Shown: positions 44,571 to 53,383 of the stretch, piece after piece | How positions within the stretch are numbered: position 1 is the stretch's first letter | How the letters are laid out: every line of letters begins with the position of its first letter | Assembly (NCBI GenBank): GCA_049320885.1 | Contig: JBMORA010000025.1 | Coordinates: 1-64,000, forward strand | Origin: Thermodesulfobacteriota bacterium | GTDB taxonomy: Bacteria > Desulfobacterota > Desulfobacteria > Desulfobacterales > SURF-7 | Direction: 5' to 3' | Length of the DNA: 64,000 nucleotides | The notes under the pieces: generated by a model | Databases searched by the model: none | Told to the model about the DNA's origin: nothing | The model's input: only the letters and a program-made list of their open reading frames with translations | Program-made: the position numbers and the translations under genes

Positions 44571-46394
44571 ATGCCCATCCATCATCCCCCGCTTTCCCGT
44601 GACGAGTTTCCTTCGCCGGCCGTAGCCCCTTCGACGGAAAAGGCATTTATCATCGAGGTGCTGCGATCCATCAACCGGGCCACGGATTTATCCATGATCG
44701 CAGACATCGTCACCACCCAAATCCGCATCTGGCTGGGTATGGCGGCCGCGGGAATCCGTCTGAAACAGGGCCTGGATTATCCCTATTTCGCAACGGTCGG
44801 TTTTTCTCCGGATTTTATCGAAACGGAGAGCCATTTATGCGCCCAGGATGGCGACGGGCGATCGATCATGGACACGACCGGTATGCGAATGCTGGAATGC
44901 ATGTGCGGCGCGGTTCTTTCCGGCCGCATCGGTTCCGACCCGTCTTGTTTTACGGCATACGGCAGCTTCTGGACCAATAGCACAACCGACCTTCTTGCGG
45001 CGACGAAAGGGAACTCCGGCGTATTCCACCCCAGAAACCGCTGCAACACCGAGGGCTTCGAATCCATCGCCCTGATCCCGCTGAAAACCGCCGGGGAAAC
45101 CGTGGGTCTGTTGCAGTTCAACGACCACCAAAAAAATCGATTGTCCCGCGAAACGATTCATCTGCTGGAGCCCATCGCCGGCAACATCGCCGCTTCCATC
45201 GCCCACCGGCTGGCCATCGAAACCATCAAGGAGAATGAGCAGAAGCTGCGACAAACCCAGAAAATGGAAGCCATCGGGGCCCTGGCCGGCGGCATCGCCC
45301 ATGATTTCAACAATATCCTGTTCCCATTGATCGGTTTTGCGGAAATGCTCCAGAGCGATCTGCCGGAAAACGGCAAGCACCGGGAATTCACCGACGAGAT
45401 CCTGAAAGCCGCCTTGCGCGCCAAGGAACTCGTCAAGCAAATCCTGGCCTTCAGCCGGGAGGCGGAAAAGGAAATCAAGCCGTTACAGATTCAACTGATT
45501 CTGAAGGAGGTGCTCAAACTCATCCGCTCCACCCTTCCCGCCACCATCCGGGTGAAGCAGAATATCGACAACCGCTGCGGCATGGTGCTGGCCGACCCCA
45601 CCCATATTCACCAGATCGCCATGAACCTGATCACCAACGCGTATCATGCCATGGAGGATACCGGCGGCACCCTGACCATCGGCCTGAAGGAAACGGTCTG
45701 CGACCATCGCGGCCGTCCCAGCTCCAATCTTGCTCCGGGCGAATATGTCGTTCTCAGTGTGGCGGACACCGGCTGCGGCATGAACAAAACCACCTTGGAA
45801 AAAATATTCGACCCCTATTTCACCACCAAACCCAAGGAAAAAGGCACCGGCCTGGGGCTTGCCGTCATCCACGGCATCGTGAAAAGCTATTACGGCGATA
45901 TCCTGGTGCGCAGCGAACCCGGGCAGGGATCGGCATTCGAGATCTATCTGCCCCGGGGAACCGGCCTGAACGAGCCGGACACATCGTTCCCCGGTCTTGA
46001 AACGGCTAAAGGCTCGGAGCAAATCCTGCTGGTGGACGACGAGGAACCGATCCTGAAAATGGAAAAACAGATGCTGGAAATGCTCGGCTACCGCGTGGAA
46101 ACCCGGACCAGTGCCCGGGAGGCGCTGGCGGCCTTCTCCGACCGTCCCGAGGTCTATGACCTGGTCATCACCGACATGACCATGCCGGATATGACCGGAG
46201 CGGATCTCTCCCGCCGGCTCCTGAAAATCCGGCCGGATCTGCCCATCATTGTCTGCACCGGGTTCAGCGAAAAAATTACGCCGGAGATCGCCTTTCATAT
46301 CGGCATCAAGGGGTTTCTGACCAAACCGGCCGTCAAATCGGAGCTAGGGGCCATTCTCCGCAAGGTTCTGGATGAGCGCCGCGGCAATGATTGA
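44571..46394 (+). CDS. Hybrid histidine kinase with a Cys-rich GAF domain
   Basis: GIRL...DYPYF, ECMCG, GSFWTNS, RNRC, SIALIPL, GLLQFND; AHDFNN; REC. Confidence 0.92.
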   Translation: MPIHHPPLSRDEFPSPAVAPSTEKAFIIEVLRSINRATDLSMIADIVTTQIRIWLGMAAAGIRLKQGLDYPYFATVGFSPDFIETESHLCAQDGDGRSIMDTTGMRMLECMCGAVLSGRIGSDPSCFTAYGSFWTNSTTDLLAATKGNSGVFHPRNRCNTEGFESIALIPLKTAGETVGLLQFNDHQKNRLSRETIHLLEPIAGNIAASIAHRLAIETIKENEQKLRQTQKMEAIGALAGGIAHDFNNILFPLIGFAEMLQSDLPENGKHREFTDEILKAALRAKELVKQILAFSREAEKEIKPLQIQLILKEVLKLIRSTLPATIRVKQNIDNRCGMVLADPTHIHQIAMNLITNAYHAMEDTGGTLTIGLKETVCDHRGRPSSNLAPGEYVVLSVADTGCGMNKTTLEKIFDPYFTTKPKEKGTGLGLAVIHGIVKSYYGDILVRSEPGQGSAFEIYLPRGTGLNEPDTSFPGLETAKGSEQILLVDDEEPILKMEKQMLEMLGYRVETRTSAREALAAFSDRPEVYDLVITDMTMPDMTGADLSRRLLKIRPDLPIIVCTGFSEKITPEIAFHIGIKGFLTKPAVKSELGAILRKVLDERRGND

Positions 46395-46441
46395 TTCCGC
46401 CGGGCCCCTCTGACAACGCGGCGGCCCGCCGGCTGGACGCA

Positions 46442-47146
46442 TCAGGAACCGGCATAGCGGACGGGATCCGTGATCCCCGCCTCCCGGAATCCTTTTTTGC
46501 GCAGCCGGCAACTGTCGCAGCGTCCGCAGGCAACCCCATCCGGCGACGGATCATAACAGCTGTGTGTCATGGAATAATCCACCCCCAACGAGACGCCCTT
46601 TTGAATGATTTCCGCCTTGGTCAGGTGGATCAGGGGGGTATGGATATGAATGGCGACTTTCTGTTCCACGCCGATCCGGGTCGCCAGATTGGCCATGCGT
46701 TCGAACGCCGCGATGTATTCAGGACGGCAATCCGGGTAGCCGCTGTAGTCCAGGGCGTTGACGCCGATAAAAATGTCCGCGGCCGGAATCACTTCGGCCC
46801 AGGCCAGGGCATGGGCGAGAAAAATGGTGTTGCGCGCGGGAACATAGGTGACGGGAATCCGGTCGGCCATACCGCTCGTATCCCGTTCCTTGGGCACTTC
46901 AATATCGTCCGTCAGGGCGGATCCGCCGATCTTGCGCAGATCGGCATGGACCACCAGATGCTGGGCGGCGCCGAATATCCTGGCCGCTTTTTCCGCGGCC
47001 GCCAGTTCCTGGTGATGCCGCTGACCATAAAAAAAACTCAGGCTGTAAATCTCAAATCCCGCCTGTCTGGCGATGGCCATCACGGTGGTGGAATCGAGGC
47101 CGCCGCTGGAAAGCACCACGGCCTTCTTGGTTCGCGAGTTCTTCAT
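46442..47146 (-). CDS. queC: 7-cyano-7-deazaguanine synthase
   Basis: SGGLDS, YGQRH, TYVPARN, GYPDCR, CGRCDSC. Confidence 0.97.
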   Translation of the reverse strand: MKNSRTKKAVVLSSGGLDSTTVMAIARQAGFEIYSLSFFYGQRHHQELAAAEKAARIFGAAQHLVVHADLRKIGGSALTDDIEVPKERDTSGMADRIPVTYVPARNTIFLAHALAWAEVIPAADIFIGVNALDYSGYPDCRPEYIAAFERMANLATRIGVEQKVAIHIHTPLIHLTKAEIIQKGVSLGVDYSMTHSCYDPSPDGVACGRCDSCRLRKKGFREAGITDPVRYAGS

Positions 47147-47787
47147 ACGCCCCTTTCGACGTCCGGCCACAGAATTCGATGCAACTGGACCTGGAAGCGG
47201 ACGTCCAGCCGGTCTTCCAGAATCCATTCCGCCAGTTGCGCCGGTTTCATTCCAGGGGCCGCCGGTGAAAACAGGAGCCGGCGGCCCGCAATCCCCGCAA
47301 TCCCCGGAGAGCCGACAAGGGATTTGGCATATTCATAATCCGCCCGGTCCGTGAGCACGAATTTAAGCTGATCCCTCTCCCCCAATCGCCCCAGGTTGTC
47401 CATGTCCATCCGGTCCGCCATTCCGCTGCCGGGACATTTGACATCCAGGATTTTCACGCAGCGCGCATCCACCGCGCCGATATCGTAACTGCCGTTGGTT
47501 TCCAGCAACACCTCAAACCCCTGATCCAGCAAATTGCGGATCAGCAGCGGCGTTTCCGCTTGCAGCAGCGGCTCGCCGCCGGTCACTGCCACCAGCCGGC
47601 AGCCATACCGCGTAACGCGCTCCAGGATATCGGTCAGCGCCATCACCTCGCCGCCGTCCCAGGCATACCGCGTATCGCAATAGCCGCACCGCAGGTTGCA
47701 GCCGCTCAGCCGCACGAACACGCACGGCCGGCCCGCATCCAGCGACTCCCCCTGAATGCTATGGAATATCTCACAAACGGTTATCAC
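47143..47787 (-). CDS. queE: 7-carboxy-7-deazaguanine synthase (radical SAM)
   Basis: [35 protein letters not shown] start with GAAGG RBS. Confidence 0.95.
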   Translation of the reverse strand: MITVCEIFHSIQGESLDAGRPCVFVRLSGCNLRCGYCDTRYAWDGGEVMALTDILERVTRYGCRLVAVTGGEPLLQAETPLLIRNLLDQGFEVLLETNGSYDIGAVDARCVKILDVKCPGSGMADRMDMDNLGRLGERDQLKFVLTDRADYEYAKSLVGSPGIAGIAGRRLLFSPAAPGMKPAQLAEWILEDRLDVRFQVQLHRILWPDVERGV

Positions 47788-47826
47788 ATTCCCTTCCTTC
47801 GCCGGCCGGCGGACCGGCAACAATTG

Positions 47827-47869
47827 CCCCATCCTTCATTCGTAATTCATAATTCGTAATTCGTAATTA
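47827..47869 (-). repeat. Heptamer array, family 1, starting in the stop codon of the small Cys protein
   Basis: Minus strand: TAATTAC GAATTAC GAATTAT GAATTAC GAATGAA GGATGGG. Confidence 0.92.
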
Positions 47870-48058
47870 TTTTTTCTTCCCCTCAAACAACTGGCAGGCC
47901 ATCCCCGAGCTGTTCAGCACCGAAATCGACGGAAGGGTTTTGGACTTGAAATTCATCGCCCGGCACCCATACGGAAAACGGGGGTCCCAGGTAATGTAGT
48001 AGTGTTTACACTTTCGGCAATCTATAGTAATGTTCTTACTGGAATCCACCGGCGACAA
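47867..48058 (-). CDS. Small four-Cys protein (about 63 aa), putative metal-binding
   Basis: CRKCKHYYITWD..FPYGC..MNFKS..LPS.......G..C..F; TTG start with GGAGG 6 nt upstream. Confidence 0.75.
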   Translation of the reverse strand: MSPVDSSKNITIDCRKCKHYYITWDPRFPYGCRAMNFKSKTLPSISVLNSSGMACQLFEGKKK

Positions 48059-48125
48059 GAGCAGCCTCCCCGCAGAATGGTACCAGTATACCCGGCTGCG
48101 TGATATTTTCAAGCAGGAAAAACGC

Positions 48126-50003
48126 ATGATCCGATCCTTCCTCACGCGCAATAAAAAAGCCTTCAACGAGTATCTGGCCTTCCGGAAACAACTGTTTACC
48201 GAATTGGCCCCCAAGGACAGCGAGGACATTCTCTATCTCCTGCCCTGGCTGCTGAGCATCAACCACAAGGCCTGTCCCGGTTATGTCGCGGCCCTGGAAA
48301 AACCGTTCCGGATATTCGGAATCGACAACGACAGGCTGATCCGCTCCCGGGAGGAAAATTTCAAACAGCGTTTCGGGGTGCCGCGCAAAGGCTCCCTGCT
48401 GGCCGGCGGAGCCGGTTGTCCGCCCATAGAAGGCGTTTATACCATCGGCAGCGTCGGCACCGTCAGCCAGACCAGCGCCTCGGACTGCGACATCTGGGTC
48501 TGCTGCGACAAGACCCGCTATTCCGCAACCGACTGGCGCCGCCTGAATCAGAAGATCAATCTCATCAAGGACTGGATGGATCAAAACCTCCGGCTGCCGG
48601 TTTATTTTTTTCTGACGGATATCGAGGATATCCGCCACGGCCGCTTCGGCCGGGTGGACATGGAAAGCGCCGGCAGCACCCAGAAAAACGTTCTGAAAGA
48701 GGAATTCTATCGCACCTGCATCGTCATCTGCGGCAAACTCCCCTTGTGGTGGCTGACCTGGGATGGCGCAAGGCCGGTGGATTACCGGGCTGCGGCAACC
48801 TTGGTTGCGGACCGCCTCCAAGGGCATTATGATATCATCGATTTCGGCGACCTGGATGCCATCGGCAAGGCCGAATATCTAGGCGCCGCGCTCTGGCATC
48901 TCCACAAATCCCTGAACAATCCCATTAAAAGCATTATCAAGATGTTTCTCCTGAAAATTCTGCTAGATGCGCCCGAAGGCGTGCTCATTTGCCACCAATT
49001 CCGCAGCCAGGTGCTGGGCCGGGAAACAGGCCGCCATTTACTGGATCCCAGCATCTTCGCCATGGGCGTCATCTTCAATCAGTACGCATTAGCCGGCGAA
49101 ACGGAGACCCTGGCGTTCTTGAAACAATGCTTTTATCTGCGCTGCCGGATAAAGCCCTATGACCGGCGGCATGTTTTGAAGAAAGAGCTCATCGGCGCCC
49201 TGTTCAGCCAGTTTCCCCTGGATCTCGCCACCCGAATCCGGCTGGGAGGATATGACGGCTGGCCGTTCAATGAACAGATCAAACTCGGCAGCCGGCTGTT
49301 CGGCCTGATCATGAAAACCTACCGCGAAATCATGGACGCCCATGCGGGCATCGCCGGCGATATCGATCAGAAGGATCTGAAAATCCTGGGCCGCAAAATA
49401 TCCGCTTCCTTTCAAAAAAAGGAGCATAAAGTTCCCGTATTGCCCAAGCCCACCGGGACCCTGAATCTTTCCGGATTGACCTTGCGGCTGACCGGCGGTG
49501 CATGGGCCGTATTTTCGGAAAACGACCCGTCCGTCCCCATCGTCGTCAGCGACGACATCGTCTACAATATCGCTTTCATCGTCTGGAATCATCTGTTTAT
49601 ACCCCACCGTCTGTTCATGGAACCGAACCCTTCCCAGGTGACCCTCCAGGAAATCATCAACCTGGGCCGGAAAATGACCGATTTCATCGGCCGGTCCATG
49701 ATTTCGGAAAACGAATTTTCCCATTATCTCAATAAGGAACTCCTCACCAAACTGATGGTGGTGGTGAGTTTCGAGCAATCCCCCTGGGAAAAAAACATCA
49801 ATGATTTCCGGGTGGTTTACAAAAACAACTGGGGGGAGCTGTTCGTGCGCCGCTTTTCTTCCCATCACAAGCTGAATGCCTTTCTATCCTCCTGGGGGGA
49901 ACGGCATTCCATCGACACCACCTATTACCTGCAGCGCAACAGCTCCTATTATGAAAAGATCATCGAACGCACCAAAAACATCCTGTTCCCAGCCCTGCTG
50001 TGA
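48126..50003 (+). CDS. cyaA: Class I adenylate cyclase
   Basis: LLPWLL..NH...PGYV, GVYTIGSVGTVSQT..SDCDIWV (DxD), LKEEFYRT, GKLPLWW, KSL..P.KS..K. Confidence 0.88.
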   Translation: MIRSFLTRNKKAFNEYLAFRKQLFTELAPKDSEDILYLLPWLLSINHKACPGYVAALEKPFRIFGIDNDRLIRSREENFKQRFGVPRKGSLLAGGAGCPPIEGVYTIGSVGTVSQTSASDCDIWVCCDKTRYSATDWRRLNQKINLIKDWMDQNLRLPVYFFLTDIEDIRHGRFGRVDMESAGSTQKNVLKEEFYRTCIVICGKLPLWWLTWDGARPVDYRAAATLVADRLQGHYDIIDFGDLDAIGKAEYLGAALWHLHKSLNNPIKSIIKMFLLKILLDAPEGVLICHQFRSQVLGRETGRHLLDPSIFAMGVIFNQYALAGETETLAFLKQCFYLRCRIKPYDRRHVLKKELIGALFSQFPLDLATRIRLGGYDGWPFNEQIKLGSRLFGLIMKTYREIMDAHAGIAGDIDQKDLKILGRKISASFQKKEHKVPVLPKPTGTLNLSGLTLRLTGGAWAVFSENDPSVPIVVSDDIVYNIAFIVWNHLFIPHRLFMEPNPSQVTLQEIINLGRKMTDFIGRSMISENEFSHYLNKELLTKLMVVVSFEQSPWEKNINDFRVVYKNNWGELFVRRFSSHHKLNAFLSSWGERHSIDTTYYLQRNSSYYEKIIERTKNILFPALL

Positions 50004-50032
50004 CGGATCTGAAACCCAAAGGAGGAAAGAAC

Positions 50033-51070
50033 ATGCTGATCGTCATGAGCAAAAACGCAAGCCAGGCCACCATCGACGCCGTGGTGGCCGCCATCGAAAA
50101 ACGGGGCTATGTGGCCCGCCCCATTGCCGGAGGGGACCGGGTCTCCATCGGCATCCTGCATAACAAGGGGTCGGTGGACGCCTCCCATTTCCAGGCCCTG
50201 CCCGGCGTCAAGGACATCATCCCCGTCACCCGCCCCTATAAACTCGTCAGCCGGGAAGTCCAGCCCCTCAATACCGTCATCCGGGTGGGCGACGCGGTCA
50301 TCGGTGAAGGCTCCCTGACCTTGATGGCCGGCCCCTGCGCCGTGGAAAGCGAATACCAGGTTATGACCATCGCCGAACAGGTCAAGAAGGCCGGCGCCTC
50401 CATTTTCCGGGCCGGCGCCTTCAAGCCGCGGACTTCGCCGTATTCCTTCCAGGGCCTGCGGGAAGAGGGGCTGAAAATTTTGGCCCAGGTCCGTGAACGT
50501 TTCGGCATGCCGGTCATCACCGAGGTCATGGATGATGAAACCTTCGGTCTGGTGGAAGCCTACGCCGACATCATCCAGATCGGCACGCGCAACATGCAGA
50601 ATTTTTCCCTGCTGCGGCGGGCCGGGAAATCCAGCAAACCCGTCATGCTGAAACGCGGGATGGCGGCCACCATTGATGAATGGCTCATGGCGGCGGAATA
50701 CATTCTGGAGGAAGGCAACACCCAGGTCATCCTGTGCGAGCGCGGGGTACGCACCTTCGTCAACCACAGCCGCAACACCCTGGATATATCCGCCATTCCG
50801 GTGGTCCGGCGGGAAAGTCACCTGCCCATCATGGTGGATCCCAGCCATGCGGCCGGCATCCGCGACCAGGTGCCGCCCCTGAGCCTGGCGGCGGTGGCCG
50901 CCGGCGCCCATGGGCTGATGGTGGAGGTGCACCACAAGCCCGAGGATGCCTTGAGCGACGGAGCCCAATCCCTGTATCCGGAACAGTTTGCATCCCTTTG
51001 CCGAAAAGTGGCGGCCATTTACCGTCTGTCTTCCGAAACCATGACCGCAACCGAGGAGAAAGTGCCGTGA
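50033..51070 (+). CDS. aroF: DAHP synthase type I-beta with N-terminal regulatory domain
   Basis: AGPCAVES, GAFKPRTSPYSFQG, QIGTRNMQNF, LKRG, CERG, DPSH; AGGAGG RBS. Confidence 0.95.
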   Translation: MLIVMSKNASQATIDAVVAAIEKRGYVARPIAGGDRVSIGILHNKGSVDASHFQALPGVKDIIPVTRPYKLVSREVQPLNTVIRVGDAVIGEGSLTLMAGPCAVESEYQVMTIAEQVKKAGASIFRAGAFKPRTSPYSFQGLREEGLKILAQVRERFGMPVITEVMDDETFGLVEAYADIIQIGTRNMQNFSLLRRAGKSSKPVMLKRGMAATIDEWLMAAEYILEEGNTQVILCERGVRTFVNHSRNTLDISAIPVVRRESHLPIMVDPSHAAGIRDQVPPLSLAAVAAGAHGLMVEVHHKPEDALSDGAQSLYPEQFASLCRKVAAIYRLSSETMTATEEKVP

Positions 51071-52110
51071 AATCCATCCGCATCGCAGGACGGAACGGTT
51101 CATCCGAAATCGTCATCGGGGAACAGCTGGCCAATGTCCGGCGCTATCTGCCGGAAGGCGACTGCATCATTATTTCCGATCCCAACCTGATCCGGCTCCA
51201 CGGCAGCCGGTTCCCCGATGCGGCCGTCATCCCCATCGGTCTGGGGGAGACCTGCAAGACCCTGGAAACCGTCCGACACATCTATGAAGAACTCATCCGT
51301 CTGTCCGCCGACCGGTCCACCTTCCTGCTCGGCATCGGCGGCGGCATCGTCTGCGACGTGACCGGCTTCGCGGCTTCCACCTTCATGCGCGGACTCCCCT
51401 TCGGCTTTGTCGCCACCACCCTGCTCGCCCAGGTGGACGCCAGCGTCGGCGGTAAAAACGGCGTCAATCTGGAAAATTACAAAAACATGATCGGGGTCTT
51501 CAACCAGCCCGAATTCGTGATCTGCGACCTGTCCCTGCTTCAAACCCTCCCGGAACGGGAACTCCGCTGCGGCCTCGCCGAAATCATCAAGCATGGCGCC
51601 ATCGCCGATCCGGAGCTGTTCGCCTTTCTGGAAACCAACCACGAAAAGGCCCTGGCCCTCGACCCCCGGGTGATGACCCGGCTGATATACGACTCGGTGG
51701 TCATCAAATCGAAAATCGTGAACCAGGACGAGACGGAAAGGGGTCACCGGCGCCTGCTGAATTTCGGCCACACCTTCGGCCATGCCCTGGAAAAAACCAC
51801 CGGCCGGCCCCACGGCGAAGCGGTGGCCCTGGGCATGGCGGCCGCCGCGGCCCTTTCCGTTGAAAAAAAACTTCTGTCCGGCCAGGAATCAGCGCGGCTG
51901 AACGCATTGATCGCGGCCTGCGGTCTTCCCAGCCGGTCGAAAACGGACCACCGGGCGTTGCTGGAAGCCCTGGGCAAGGATAAAAAGAAAGCCGGCGGAA
52001 GCATCCATTTCGTGCTGCTGAAAACCATCGGGGAAGCCCTGGTCCGAGAACTTCCCATGGAAGAACTGGAGCGTTTCCTGCGGTCGTTCGCGGGTGCCGC
52101 ATGGGACTGA
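51067..52110 (+). CDS. aroB: 3-dehydroquinate synthase
   Basis: GGG.V.D..GF.A..FMRG, TTLLAQVDASVGGKNG, LNFGHTFGHALE, HGEAVALGM, DKK; GTGA overlap with aroF. Confidence 0.97.
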   Translation: MKSIRIAGRNGSSEIVIGEQLANVRRYLPEGDCIIISDPNLIRLHGSRFPDAAVIPIGLGETCKTLETVRHIYEELIRLSADRSTFLLGIGGGIVCDVTGFAASTFMRGLPFGFVATTLLAQVDASVGGKNGVNLENYKNMIGVFNQPEFVICDLSLLQTLPERELRCGLAEIIKHGAIADPELFAFLETNHEKALALDPRVMTRLIYDSVVIKSKIVNQDETERGHRRLLNFGHTFGHALEKTTGRPHGEAVALGMAAAAALSVEKKLLSGQESARLNALIAACGLPSRSKTDHRALLEALGKDKKKAGGSIHFVLLKTIGEALVRELPMEELERFLRSFAGAAWD

Positions 52111-52240
52111 CGGATCGTTCCGGCGTGTTTTTCGCCCTCCGGCCGGATTGGATCTTGAAATCGTTTCCTTTCCTTTGTATTCTGATGGCATATCGAATCC
52201 ATGGCCGACCGGGCGCCAACCGGTTACGCAAAGGAGGCAG

Positions 52241-53383
52241 ATGAAGATCGAACAACGGTTGTGGACCCCTGATCGCGGCTGGGAAAGCCCCTTGAATCCG
52301 GATCAGCCCCCGGCCCATCTGGTGCTGATCTTCGGCAGTGTCGTCAACCTGAAAAACCGGTCGCTGTTTGAGGAAATCCAGCGCGCCTATCCCCGGGCCG
52401 TCCTCTTCGGCTGCTCCACGGCCGGCGAAATCCGTTCAACCCGGGTCCTCGATGATTCCCTGGTGTTGACGGCCGTCCATTTCAACCATACCCGTCTGAA
52501 AAGCGCCGGCATCGTCATCGACAACATCGGTGACAGCCTCGCCGCGGGAGCGCACCTGGCCCAATCCATCGAAACCCGGGAATTGCGCCACGTGCTGGTC
52601 CTGTCCGACGGCCTGACGGTCAACGGCAGCGATCTGGTGAAGGGTCTCACCCGCCATCTGCCCGCGGATGTTTCGGTGACCGGCGGCCTGTCCGCCGACG
52701 GCGACCGCTTTTTGGAGACCCTTGTGGTCCTCAACGGTCCGGCGAAGCCGAAAACCATCGCCCTGGTGGGTTTTTACGGTGATCGGCTCTCCGTCGGATA
52801 CGGCTCCCTCGGCGGCTGGGATCCCTTCGGACCGGAAAGAACCATCACGAAATCCAGGGGCAACGTCCTGTACGAACTGGACGGAAAGTCCGCCCTGGAA
52901 TTGTACAAGAAATATCTGGGGGAGCACGCCGCCGGACTGCCGGCCACCGGACTGCTCTTTCCCTTGTGCCTGCGCACCAAAGAAGGCGGCCCGGGTCTGG
53001 TGCGCACGATTTTATCGGTGAATGAAGGCGACCAGAGCATGACCTTCGCGGGAGACCTTCCGGAAGGCGCCTATGCGCGGCTGATGAAGGCCAACTTCAA
53101 CCGGCTGGTGGAAGGCGCGGCCGGGGCGGCGGAAACGAGCTGCCGGCCCCTGTTCTCCGCCGGGCCGGAACTGGCCGTCCTGATCAGTTGTGTCGGCCGG
53201 AAAATGGTGCTGAAACAACGGATCGAAGAGGAAGTCGAGGCGGTTCGCGACATCACGGGGCCGGAAACCGTCCTGACGGGTTTTTATTCCTACGGCGAGA
53301 TATCCCCGTTCCGGCATGGCGCCGCCTGCGAACTCCATAACCAGACCATGACCATCACCGCCCTGTCGGAAGAAGACGGATGA
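52241..53383 (+). CDS. FIST N+C domain protein (NosP-like)
   Basis: GCSTAGEI, GGLSAD, ELDGKSA..LY..YLG, SCVGR, GFYSYGEI, HNQT; AGGAGG RBS. Confidence 0.93.
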   Translation: MKIEQRLWTPDRGWESPLNPDQPPAHLVLIFGSVVNLKNRSLFEEIQRAYPRAVLFGCSTAGEIRSTRVLDDSLVLTAVHFNHTRLKSAGIVIDNIGDSLAAGAHLAQSIETRELRHVLVLSDGLTVNGSDLVKGLTRHLPADVSVTGGLSADGDRFLETLVVLNGPAKPKTIALVGFYGDRLSVGYGSLGGWDPFGPERTITKSRGNVLYELDGKSALELYKKYLGEHAAGLPATGLLFPLCLRTKEGGPGLVRTILSVNEGDQSMTFAGDLPEGAYARLMKANFNRLVEGAAGAAETSCRPLFSAGPELAVLISCVGRKMVLKQRIEEEVEAVRDITGPETVLTGFYSYGEISPFRHGAACELHNQTMTITALSEEDG

